Shown piece after piece: positions 1 to 11,100 of a DNA stretch of 64,000 nt. The translations under genes were made by a program, and so were the position numbers. Position 1 is the first letter of the stretch; each line of letters begins with the position of its first letter. The notes below the pieces were generated by a model that saw nothing but the letters and a program-made list of their open reading frames with translations, was not told the origin of the DNA and searched no databases. The stretch is from positions 186,001 through 250,000 of IMG/VR virus record IMGVR_UViG_3300010403_000705. One strand, 5' to 3'.

Positions 1-1004
1 ATGGTACAACTTTATTTAAAGCAGAAGATGTAATTTTTACAGTTACTAATACTGGTCTAAAATTAAATATCACTGAAGCAGTTAGAAAAGTTCTTGGTAT
101 TTCTTCTGCAATTTCCATACCTAATAACATAAAAATTGTTAGAGTTACTAAAATGGAAAAAGTAGTAACAGTCAGCGCAAGTAATGATGAAGTACTACAA
201 GTGTTAACAGTGTATGATTTAAAAAATGCGATAGTGCAAAATAATTTATTATATCCAAATGAATTATTAGCAAATCCTACATTATCAAACTTAGATATTA
301 TATTGCCTAGTACCACAAATAATATGTTGAATAATAATACACATAATTTACCTACTTTAGGTGATAAAATTAAAATAACTTTTTATTATATTATTGAAAA
401 TGATTCGGAAAATTTGTCATATACCAGAAATGGCACACTATATACTAATAAAAAATTCGCTTTTATCAATAAAACTTATATATCTAGCGGTTTCAAATCT
501 TCTCAATCTACTAAATTTACCGCTACCTCTTTTACTCAGCCTAGTTTGGGATCTCGATATAAAACATTCTATGATTATTTAGCTCCAAAACCAAACGAAA
601 GAATCGTGGTTCGTTATAACTATAATAAAATAATCTCCGATGTTACTTTTAATTTAGAAAATACAAGACCCATTAATGCAGATGTTATTGCTCGTGAAGC
701 AAAACAAGTGCTTATAGATTTAACTATGAATGTAGTAATAAACGAAACTGCACAATCGTCTACAACAACAATTTTGCAAAACTTACGAGATCAATTAATT
801 TCTGCCATGACTACTACTAAATTAGGAGATATAGTTGATACATTTAGTTTGATTAATGTGGCTCAAGCTGTAAAAGGTATCGCTCGTGCTAGAATACTTT
901 ATTTTAATAAGAGTGGCAAATTAGGGCAAGTATTAAATGTTCAAGCCCAACAAGACGAATATCTAACACCTAATAATGTGATTATTAATACAGAGACCAG
1001 ATAA
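1..1004 (+). CDS. Baseplate J-like (wedge) protein, 5'-truncated
   Basis: Frame is open from position 3, so the gene starts before the window. C-terminus (LENTRPINADVIAREAKQVLIDLTMNVVI...SLINVAQAVKGIARARILYFN) resembles baseplate J C-terminal domains. Sits directly upstream of tail megaproteins. Confidence 0.6.
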   Translation, partial: GTTLFKAEDVIFTVTNTGLKLNITEAVRKVLGISSAISIPNNIKIVRVTKMEKVVTVSASNDEVLQVLTVYDLKNAIVQNNLLYPNELLANPTLSNLDIILPSTTNNMLNNNTHNLPTLGDKIKITFYYIIENDSENLSYTRNGTLYTNKKFAFINKTYISSGFKSSQSTKFTATSFTQPSLGSRYKTFYDYLAPKPNERIVVRYNYNKIISDVTFNLENTRPINADVIAREAKQVLIDLTMNVVINETAQSSTTTILQNLRDQLISAMTTTKLGDIVDTFSLINVAQAVKGIARARILYFNKSGKLGQVLNVQAQQDEYLTPNNVIINTETR

Positions 1005-1007
1005 ATC

Positions 1008-4000
1008 ATGCAAAATTTAAGAATCATTAATGTACAAGTAAACAATAGTTCAAATATTGATGTTATTTTTACAGACAACTTAACTAGTAATCTTACAACA
1101 TCAAATGTAGTTATTATAACAGATACGCCAGACGTACCTTCTTCTGAGGTGTTAGAAATAAAAGTAATAGGTAATACGCTAAGCATTATTTGTCAACCAT
1201 TAACTCCATTAGCCGCTTATTTTGTTAAATTTGAATCTACAACTTTACACCCATTTATTTCTTTAAATGGAGAAGCTAAAATATCTGAAGATGGCGTTTC
1301 AAATAAATATTTAATACTTGGACCATTAGCTCCAGATAATGCTGTCAAAAATTATTTTCTTTCTTATTTTAAAGATAATGTTTATGATATTAACGATGAT
1401 AATGCTCTTGTCACAAAATATATAAACTCTTTATCTATAGCTTTATCTAGAGCCTTATATGATATTGGTCAATTGAAAAATGAAAATTATCTTTCTTTTA
1501 CTGTTACTGATGAACAAAAAACAAGAGGTGAAGGACCATTTGATAGATTAAATGAAGAGGGAGCATATGATATCATTAGAGTAGGCAGAAATGTAAGTAC
1601 TGCTAATGCAAAAATGATATTTTCTATAGATAATTTTCCTACTTTCCCGATTACCTTACAACAACAGAGTAATATAGAATATTTAAAGACTAATTCTATA
1701 GACGAGGCGGGTTATTTTAACATCAATAATCTAATTTTAAATTTAAATACTTCTCCCATAACAAAAATTAAAAGTATCATTTTTACGTTAACTACTAACA
1801 ATCCAATTTACGTATATGATATAGAAAAATTAGGTTATCAGATAAGAAATTCTAGATATGATCAAGAGTTCGCTTTTGATTATATTTTGTTAAATGATAA
1901 TCAGGTGAAAATTAGTGATAAAATTTTAGAGGATGCTAATTTTTCTTTAAATAATATTTTTAACATAGAAGTTAATTATGAATCAAAGGATTTAGGTAGA
2001 ATTATAGAGGATAATAGTTTAACAATAACAACTGTAAAAACCTCTATTCGAGAAGTGTTACCCCCAATAATTAATATTTTTAATCTAAAGCACGCTCCTA
2101 TTGTAGATGTTAATGGTAATACTAATCAACTTAATGGTATAATTTTTACCGACCCTAATACCACTACTGGGTCTAAACATCCGGCTTTTATAACAGAATT
2201 ACCATTTCGATTAAATGGATTACCTTTTAGTCCTGGACAATATAGTATAGATTATTCTACTGGAACTGTTTATGTGTATGGTGCTGATTTGTCTAATGAT
2301 GGTACAGGTCCTTTTCCACCATTAGCTACTTATAATTATTTGTTAGTATATAAACAAGAACAAGACTACATTTTTGATTCAGATTTATCTGATTTAGTTG
2401 CTTTACCTCATGGTAATTTAATTTCCTCACAAGGTAATATTAGTTTTAATTATGAAGAAGTTTTAATTCCGGGCACAGATTATATAGCAGGTTTACATAG
2501 AGAAGCTTTGGCAGAAAGAATTAATAATAATCTAGTAGCTGCAAATACTATTAAAACATTACATTCACCTATTACAAATGTTTTTAGAATTTATAATGAA
2601 ACCTCGGGTGAAATTTATACTCTAGATAGATGGAATAATAATAAAATATATTTTAGATACAATAATCCACCTGCCGTAAAACAAATAACTAATGAAAGAG
2701 TAACGTTTAATTCGGTTATAAATGAGTTATTATTTATTAATACTTATTTTGTAAATTCTAATAACATTAATATTATTAAAATATTGCTTAAAAATAATTC
2801 CATAATCTCTAGCACAGAAGACAGTTTGGCGACTTCTTTTAATAGTAGTTTAAGATTTGCAAATACTAATATTTTCCTTAATGAAAAATGGTTTGATAGG
2901 CAGTCCGAAGAAACATTTAATACGAATAGACTATTTAATATAGGTGAATACATGGTGGATTACATAAATGGTATTATATATTGTGCCGTTACTGATCCAC
3001 AAAATTTTAACATTGGTACAGCGTCATATAAAAATAAAGCTATTACTACATTATTCCCACATCTTATTAGCGTAGAAGATATTTATTATCAAACTGATAT
3101 TCTAGGTAAAAGAAATAAAAAATTTTCTTATTTATCATTTGGTGATAAGACAATAGTTCCAGATATTTTAGATTTTGCAGATGAGTTATCATTAAACAAC
3201 AATGCTGTTTCAATTTATCAAGTGAATAATAATACCGTAGGTGTTTTTGTTGATAATGTGGTGTTTGTTCCTGGCGTTACTAATCAAATTAAATTTGTTC
3301 GTGGTATATTTGAATATAATGATTTACTTTATAATACTCATCCATTAAATTTTGCCAATTTCAGTTTGAGTGATGGCTTTGATATTCATATTAGCCCAAT
3401 ATCAGGGCAAGTATTTGAAAATGTACAATTTGATGGAATGAATTATTATGTTTTGATTAATCAAAACATAACATATTTATCAAGTAGTATAACATATACT
3501 TTTAATATTACTAGATTATCTGATTCGATAACACTTTGGGATACTGCTGGTATAATTATTCCAGGTAATCCAACTAAATTAATTTTATCTGGTATAGGTT
3601 CTCCTATAGAAGGAGATTTAGTCAGTATTAATTTTTCGTTTAATATAAATAATCTATCACGAGTAGTAGTAGATTATAATAAAGGAGAATATTATATTGA
3701 TTACACATACATAGCGGATGAAATTATCATTAGTTATGAATATGGAGATAATGTAATAGATTTTAGGCAAAACAAAAATCTGCCTGCTAATACTTCTTAT
3801 TATGTGACTTACAAAGCGGGAGCACTAAGAGATGCTTTGTTGAGAAATTTTGGTACATTAGTTGATATACCTGAATTATCTAATTTTGATATCGATTTTG
3901 ACCGAGAAAGATATCGTGATGCTTTGACAGCCGCTTTAACATCTTTTATACAAGGACCAACCTTATCAGCTATTAAAAATATTGGAAAAACTATTTCTCA

Positions 4001-7000
4001 TATTACACCAGAAGTTATAGAGTCTGTTTTTCAAAATTGGTCATTAGGAAATACTTTATTAAGTCAGGAACAAATTAAGACTACTGGTAATTTTCAATTG
4101 CTACCAGCCAAATTTGATAACGGAGTATTAATTAATTCACCTGATCAAATTATAAAATTTCCTATTAATTCTAATGTTAGATTTGAAGAAGGTACGTTTG
4201 AAACTTGGATAAATCCGTTGTGGAACGGTTTAGATAATGATGCTACACTAGTTTTCAATATATTACAAGATGGATATGTCATAGATCCTAGTAAAGTATT
4301 TATTGGGATAGCAGAGTATCATCCTATCATAAATAATGGTATATTTTCTATTTCTAAATTAACTAACGTATCGGGTATTCCAAACAAAAACAAAGATGGA
4401 ATTTTTATATATTATGACCAAGATATTTCTGGAAATTTTCAAAGATGGTATGTAGAAATAATAGATGGATATGTGGCTGCTGATAGTTCTAATTATAAAA
4501 TCAAAATTACATCTACAGGTGGTTTTTATGATACAAAGAGTTTGAATACGCCAAAACCATCCAATCTTAATATTTTTACAGGAACCAGCAGTATTAATTT
4601 AAGCATCAACGGAACAGCACCTATAGATGAAGGAATTACGTTTGTTTCTGATGTGGATCATTACATTTTGGACACCGGGCAAGAAAAAAATAAAAATAGA
4701 CTATCTATTTATAAGGATATTAGTGGTTATCTTAATTTTAGAGTATACGATAATAATAGAGTACCTTATACATTGAGTGCAGATATTTCTGGATGGAAGG
4801 CTGGTGATTTACACCATATGGCTACCTCATGGAAATTAAACACTATAAATAATAGAGACGAGATGCATTTATTTATAGATGGTTTTGAAGTGCCCAATAT
4901 TATTAAGTATGGACAAAAATTGAAACCTTACTTACATGAGAAATTTAGGACAGTTGATCCTGAAGAAATTATTGGTTTAGTTGATAGAGATATATTATCA
5001 TCTACTGATCTGCAAACCACTACTGGTAGCGTAGCCGTCACTTCTAGCATTAATTTTAGTACATATAACATTTTTGTAGGTGACACAATTCATATAGATG
5101 AAATAGGTTTTGCTAATCCTGGATATACTATTTTATCTATTAATGGGCAAAATTTGATCTTATCTGCTCCTATGCCGCAGACATTAAGCAACGGTAGATT
5201 CTCTATTAATAGAACCCAATTTACGGTAATTTCAAATATTGATGTTTCGCCCAATATTTCAGTGTCTACTATACATGCATTGATATCTGGTACAGATATC
5301 AATGCATTAGCTGGATCTAACTTAGTAACTTCCTCAAGCATAAATTTTTCTACCTTAAATGTACAACCAGGTTATACAATAAGAATTGATAATTTACTTT
5401 TAAGGACAGTCTATACTATTTTGCAAGTAATAGGTAATTCACTCATCATTGATGATACATTGCCTGTTAATATTACAAACACAGATTTTAAAATATATAG
5501 TCATGTAGAAAATGAAATTCCGGGTATTCGCGCTTTGTATCCAGCATATCATATTTCTAAAGATACTAATTTTAATAACGTATTAACGATTTCGGACAAA
5601 GCAGTAGCAGGAGATTTAATACTCATCAGGACTTTAGGATTAAATCATAGAAAAATAAAAAAAGAGTATTATGTATGGAGTGATAATACGGAAAATATAT
5701 TAATGACTAATTTGCCAGCTCCTATTTCATTAGATGAGGTAAGAATTACCAAAATAATTTTGCCCAAAACCTCTATTGACCTAACTAATTCAACACTATT
5801 AGGTGGCATTCTAACATCAAATAATTTAGTAACCGCCCAACCATCATCATTACAAGGTGGAAGAAGTTTAAGCATAACTCTAAGTGGGACTAATGTAGAT
5901 TTTTCGACTCCAGTACAGGTACTAATAAATGGTATTAGTGAGACTGGTCTTACTAATGAAACCATTATATTTAATGAATATGGTACATTAGATTTTATAA
6001 ATTTGTACTCGTTAGTTAATTATATTAATATTATTGTAAAACCTATTAATATTAATAGGGCGGCAGCTGTGGTAACTGTAAAAGAAAAATATTCTATTAC
6101 ACATCCAGAATCTGATGGATATTATCCTATTGTTAGAGTTAGTTATCCAATAGCATATGGATATACTCTTTATCAAAGTGGAGTAAATACAGTAACAGAT
6201 GATAATAATTTGTTTAGTAATTTAGATATTAATAATTATTTGTTAATTACTACACCAGAAAATGTAGTTGGATTTTATAAAATTATTGGAGTATCCAGTG
6301 ACAGAAAAACTTTGCTTGTAGATGCATCACTCGGACCTTTTACCAATGGTACGTATCAAATTTTGAATGTTAGTACATATAGAAGTGGTTTACAGAACGG
6401 TTTTTTTACATTTGAAAATAGTGTTCTATTTGGTCAACCATACTTTTTAAATAAAGGGTTTTATGAATTTGAATATTTTACTTATACCAAGATTAAATTA
6501 GATCCAATGAATACAAAGGTATTTTTAGGAACGGATTTTCAAGGAACACATCAATTATATGGTATAATGGATCAAGTAAAAATATATTCAACTATGTTAA
6601 CAGATACACGTACTGGTGAAAATATTCCTAATAATCAAAGATCTATCACTAAAGATTTTAATTCTTTAAAATCTTTAAAAAAAGATAACAATACCCTTAT
6701 GTTAATCGATTTCAATAAATTTCCATTTATTAATTCAGCAGATTTTTATACCTCTTTGGGTTCAATTAAAAAACATTTTAACTCTTCTGTAGTAGTCAAT
6801 GAAAATTTTGAGAATAGTTTAGTATTATTAGATGATCCAATTATTTTATCTAATGATGGTATTTTAGATGCTAGAAAAGAAGGCACCATAGAATTTTGGA
6901 TGAACCCATTATTTGATACCTATAATGATCCTAATAAAAGATTTTATTTTGATGCATTTGGAGCAATTGAAGAAGAAGCAATTAGTACAGATAATGTTTC

Positions 7001-8126
7001 TGTAAAATTATCCAATTCTGCTAGTACTATTTTAAGTGTTAAGTTAAAAAGCGGAGATTCGCGTATAGATTATTTTGCAGGTGGAAGAATAGAGATTGAT
7101 ACTCAAAATGCCATATCAGAAGAAGGTATTAGTTTAACTAATAACTCTATAATTGTTTCAAAACCAGCCTTGCAAATAATTAGTGTAAAAATAATTGGCG
7201 ATCTAACTAATACGGATTATTTTACTAATGGTAGTATTAGTACTGATATGAAAACTATATATTTAGGTAAGTTATTACCAGCAAATAACTTACCTTTATC
7301 TATTGTATATCAAACAACAGAAAATAATAACCGTACTATTAACACTCAAATCATAAGATTAAATAAAAAATTACCTTATCAAAAATCACATGTACTAGTA
7401 AATTATATACCTAAAGGTATGCAAGGAGACCGTATAGCTATTTTTAAAGATGAAGTCGGACATATAAATTTTGCTCTTACTGCATCTCATAAAGATTATA
7501 TTATAAGAGCACCGATATTTTGGTCCAAAAACACTTGGCATAGAATTAAAGCTAGTTATAAAGTTAATAGTAAAAATAATACTGATGAAATGAGACTATT
7601 TTTAGATGGTTATCAGTATAATAATATTTTAGTTGGCAGTAATATTATTTTTGGTAATTTACCTATCATTGTAGGTGAAGTTACGCTAGGTGATGGTTAT
7701 GGATCTTTGGGAAATGTCAGATTTAAAGATTCCATTAATGAGTTATTTATAGGAACACAATATAATAAAGAGTTTCCTATCTTTGCTTTACTAGATAATT
7801 TAAGAATTAGTAGTAATGCTAGACCTATTTATGCGCCTTATGGCGAACCAATTGACGTTAATTATACTTCTAATCTAGATATGGTGTTTCCAGTAACAGA
7901 AGATTTATTTACAACTTATCTCTTAAATTCCGATATTATTTCTGTTATAAATGATGATTTTGCTGTATTAAAAAATAGAGAAACAGGTCTATTCGATTTT
8001 TCTGTTAATATAATTGATTCTTTGGGTATAGTTAGTAATAGTATAAAGTCTAGAGAGGCTTTAGAAAAATTGATAAAAGTTCTCAAACCTGCTAACTCTA
8101 GGGTATTTATACAGTATATTAAATGA
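1008..8126 (+). CDS. Baseplate/tail megaprotein (2372 aa): wedge-like segment, two interrupted LamG-like domains, internal ~60-aa repeats
   Basis: RERYRDALTAALTSFIQGPTLSAIK resembles baseplate wedge/tail-I proteins. LamG-like motifs GTFETWINP / HHMATSW / EMHLFIDG / GIMDQVKIYS occur, then again as GTIEFWMNP / WHRIKASY / EMRLFLDG / LLDNLRIS. Confidence 0.6.
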   Translation: MQNLRIINVQVNNSSNIDVIFTDNLTSNLTTSNVVIITDTPDVPSSEVLEIKVIGNTLSIICQPLTPLAAYFVKFESTTLHPFISLNGEAKISEDGVSNKYLILGPLAPDNAVKNYFLSYFKDNVYDINDDNALVTKYINSLSIALSRALYDIGQLKNENYLSFTVTDEQKTRGEGPFDRLNEEGAYDIIRVGRNVSTANAKMIFSIDNFPTFPITLQQQSNIEYLKTNSIDEAGYFNINNLILNLNTSPITKIKSIIFTLTTNNPIYVYDIEKLGYQIRNSRYDQEFAFDYILLNDNQVKISDKILEDANFSLNNIFNIEVNYESKDLGRIIEDNSLTITTVKTSIREVLPPIINIFNLKHAPIVDVNGNTNQLNGIIFTDPNTTTGSKHPAFITELPFRLNGLPFSPGQYSIDYSTGTVYVYGADLSNDGTGPFPPLATYNYLLVYKQEQDYIFDSDLSDLVALPHGNLISSQGNISFNYEEVLIPGTDYIAGLHREALAERINNNLVAANTIKTLHSPITNVFRIYNETSGEIYTLDRWNNNKIYFRYNNPPAVKQITNERVTFNSVINELLFINTYFVNSNNINIIKILLKNNSIISSTEDSLATSFNSSLRFANTNIFLNEKWFDRQSEETFNTNRLFNIGEYMVDYINGIIYCAVTDPQNFNIGTASYKNKAITTLFPHLISVEDIYYQTDILGKRNKKFSYLSFGDKTIVPDILDFADELSLNNNAVSIYQVNNNTVGVFVDNVVFVPGVTNQIKFVRGIFEYNDLLYNTHPLNFANFSLSDGFDIHISPISGQVFENVQFDGMNYYVLINQNITYLSSSITYTFNITRLSDSITLWDTAGIIIPGNPTKLILSGIGSPIEGDLVSINFSFNINNLSRVVVDYNKGEYYIDYTYIADEIIISYEYGDNVIDFRQNKNLPANTSYYVTYKAGALRDALLRNFGTLVDIPELSNFDIDFDRERYRDALTAALTSFIQGPTLSAIKNIGKTISHITPEVIESVFQNWSLGNTLLSQEQIKTTGNFQLLPAKFDNGVLINSPDQIIKFPINSNVRFEEGTFETWINPLWNGLDNDATLVFNILQDGYVIDPSKVFIGIAEYHPIINNGIFSISKLTNVSGIPNKNKDGIFIYYDQDISGNFQRWYVEIIDGYVAADSSNYKIKITSTGGFYDTKSLNTPKPSNLNIFTGTSSINLSINGTAPIDEGITFVSDVDHYILDTGQEKNKNRLSIYKDISGYLNFRVYDNNRVPYTLSADISGWKAGDLHHMATSWKLNTINNRDEMHLFIDGFEVPNIIKYGQKLKPYLHEKFRTVDPEEIIGLVDRDILSSTDLQTTTGSVAVTSSINFSTYNIFVGDTIHIDEIGFANPGYTILSINGQNLILSAPMPQTLSNGRFSINRTQFTVISNIDVSPNISVSTIHALISGTDINALAGSNLVTSSSINFSTLNVQPGYTIRIDNLLLRTVYTILQVIGNSLIIDDTLPVNITNTDFKIYSHVENEIPGIRALYPAYHISKDTNFNNVLTISDKAVAGDLILIRTLGLNHRKIKKEYYVWSDNTENILMTNLPAPISLDEVRITKIILPKTSIDLTNSTLLGGILTSNNLVTAQPSSLQGGRSLSITLSGTNVDFSTPVQVLINGISETGLTNETIIFNEYGTLDFINLYSLVNYINIIVKPININRAAAVVTVKEKYSITHPESDGYYPIVRVSYPIAYGYTLYQSGVNTVTDDNNLFSNLDINNYLLITTPENVVGFYKIIGVSSDRKTLLVDASLGPFTNGTYQILNVSTYRSGLQNGFFTFENSVLFGQPYFLNKGFYEFEYFTYTKIKLDPMNTKVFLGTDFQGTHQLYGIMDQVKIYSTMLTDTRTGENIPNNQRSITKDFNSLKSLKKDNNTLMLIDFNKFPFINSADFYTSLGSIKKHFNSSVVVNENFENSLVLLDDPIILSNDGILDARKEGTIEFWMNPLFDTYNDPNKRFYFDAFGAIEEEAISTDNVSVKLSNSASTILSVKLKSGDSRIDYFAGGRIEIDTQNAISEEGISLTNNSIIVSKPALQIISVKIIGDLTNTDYFTNGSISTDMKTIYLGKLLPANNLPLSIVYQTTENNNRTINTQIIRLNKKLPYQKSHVLVNYIPKGMQGDRIAIFKDEVGHINFALTASHKDYIIRAPIFWSKNTWHRIKASYKVNSKNNTDEMRLFLDGYQYNNILVGSNIIFGNLPIIVGEVTLGDGYGSLGNVRFKDSINELFIGTQYNKEFPIFALLDNLRISSNARPIYAPYGEPIDVNYTSNLDMVFPVTEDLFTTYLLNSDIISVINDDFAVLKNRETGLFDFSVNIIDSLGIVSNSIKSREALEKLIKVLKPANSRVFIQYIK

Positions 8127-8130
8127 GAAA

Positions 8131-11100
8131 ATGATGACAAAAAGAAATCCCGTATCTGCTCTACAAAATATTTGGTTTGATTCTCAACAAGTTGATGATA
8201 CTGATTTAACTTTGGAACAAGATTATAATAATATTATCAATTCTGGCGTGATCAACAATCATATAGGTTCTGGCGCATTATCAGAAGTGTTAGAGCAAAA
8301 TGTTTTATTTGACTCTACGCTTATAACAGGTTTTTTGGATGGTGCCATAATACAAACGCAGCAACAACCTGCTGATAAAAATTTTGGCAATCAATTAGAA
8401 ATAGAATTATCACAATCTACAGTTGCTGGTAAGAAAGCTATTAAGATATGCGTTATTGGTTTAGATTTTCAAAGTAATTTAATATATGAAACATTTTATT
8501 TTAAAACTAATGAAATTCAAATTAGTTATAGACATTTTACAAATATATTACTTATATTATTTAATGATTTCATTGGAGACTCATCATTATCATTAAATTT
8601 AGGTGGTAGAATATTTATTAGAGAAGCTCAACCATTAACTTTGTCAAGAAACCCTATCATGGTGGCACAAAATGTACAGCCTAACCTGTTTTTTAGAGAT
8701 TTCTTTCTAGAAGGTTTTATATCTTTACAAAACCTTTTGACAAATGCATTACCTTTATATAATATAGATAGTTTAAACATATTTACGACACCACTGGATA
8801 ATAAAATACTTTTAAGTAATGATGTTACTACCCAAATAGGACAAAAATTTACAGCAACCACTAATAATATACAAAAAGTTACTTTTTTATTATCAGTCCA
8901 AAATACTGAGACCGGCAATGAGACAGATTTAGTATGGAATGGTGATTTGGTAATTAGTATTTATCCTTTACAATCTACTGTAGATTGCTCTTCTGATATC
9001 GCGCCTAATTTAGCTATAGATTTTTCTCCATCTAATATTCCAGTGGGACAGATCAGTGTAAATTATGCTACGTTACAAGCAGCTGGTATTATATTAGACT
9101 CAGTTCCGCAGCCCGTAGATTTTGTTTTTAGTAATAGTCCTATAGCCTCTGGTAATGTGTTAACTGTGGGAAACTATTATGCTGTTACCATAAAAAGATC
9201 AGGATCTGCTAATAAATGTAACATTTTAATTGCAGTAGGATCTAACAGAACTATTGATTCTAGAATAACCACTTTCACTGGAACTTTATGGGTAGATATA
9301 CCAGAACAAGACTTATGGTTTGAAATATGGACAGATTCTGCTAAAATATCTGATGGTCAAGCTTATGAAAATGGTTATGGAATAATCTTACCTAAAATTA
9401 AAGAAAATATTAATACTTCATCCAATATTGATTACTGCTTAACTAATTTGCAATTTACAGGGAATGAAGTATTTCGCGCAGTAGTTGCAGCCGTAACTGA
9501 AGAATCTGTTGCTATTCCAGATCAACGTACCGGGAATCCAATTTTGTCCAGACAGCAATTGATTCCTGATATTAAATTATTAAATACTATAGATATTACT
9601 AATTTAGAAAAGGCTTCTGAACCATTAATTATTGGTGCTATTGCAGATAAGAATAGAAAATTTTTTGATTCTATTTCTTCAATTATAAATTGTAAATTAT
9701 ATAGTGCCGCTATGGTACATGACGAATTAATAATTAAAATAGTGGATGATCCAACTGATACAATCAGATTCGACACATCTGTTAATAGTTTAATTACTAA
9801 TCTATTAAATGGTGATCTAGCTGATGCACAGATATACCCTAATTCTAATAATACGAATGTTTTTTTTAGAATTGCTTCAGCAAAATTAGCTTCATCAATT
9901 TTAGGCGATGTTAATGGTGATGGTATTATAGATGTTGAAGATCTAGATCTATTAAATACTTATCTAGATTATAATTTAAATATTGGATTACCTGTTAATA
10001 CTTCAATAACCACAGATGGTTATACAACTATTTTTACTAATGGTTATACTACTTATACACTTCCATTTAGTAATTTGTTTGGTATCAATTTTCAATTGGT
10101 AGATGTTATCAATGGAACTGTTGTTGCTAGTGGGAATGATGGTGTGTTGGTTGCTAATCCAGTAAATAATAGGTTAGCTCAATTCACTAGTGCTAGTGTC
10201 GCTTTTAACGTTATTGTTGGGCTAAGTTCTTTTAAACTTATTATTTTATCTCCACTTAATCAAGAGAATCATGGTGGATTTGAAATAGTTTCTATTGATT
10301 CTTTAACTGATGTTATCACCATAAGAAAAATTTTCTTAACTGGTGATGTTATCATGGAAATGTTAAGAGCAGATATTGATGGAGATTTTCATGTTACTTA
10401 TAATGATGGATATTTGTTACAAAATTATATAGATAGAGCTGAATTGAGTTTTTCGCCTGTTAATACATATCCTGGTCCAGCTACTAATCCATTTACTAAA
10501 ATTGGAACTAGGTTTAATACAATAAGATTAAGATTAGAAAAATTTGTTGATAGAAATGATGATTATTCGCCAGTTATTTTAGATAGGGCTAGCGTTGTAC
10601 ATACTTCTCCTGATATTTTTATGTCAGATGGATATTTTGAAGAACATAATTTTTATGCGGGACCTGTTTCAGTATCTATACAAAAACAGTTAACTTGGGA
10701 TGAGTCACTTATTGTTTCAAATAGCAAGTCTAGATTAGTTCCTACAATTTTTACTAATATATTTGGTTCTAATGAAAAGAGTTGTCAGATAAATGGGGTA
10801 AATATTAATATTTATGGATCAAAACCAGATTTTGATCCAGGTCGTGTTGATGTATTTGTTCCAGATAATCTGATCATAGGAAAAGGTGGTGAATTACACA
10901 GACCAGATGGTAATTTTTACAAAGTAGATTTTGAAGTAGGTACTATAGTACTAGAAATACCTGATGGCTTATTTGGTTCTGAAAGAACTATCAATATCCT
11001 AGATGATTTTATAGCTGATTATACTGGGGACGGAAGAACTCGTTTGGGTTTTCCATCTATGAAGTTCGCAGACTGCTCATTAGTGACAGCAGACGCTCTG

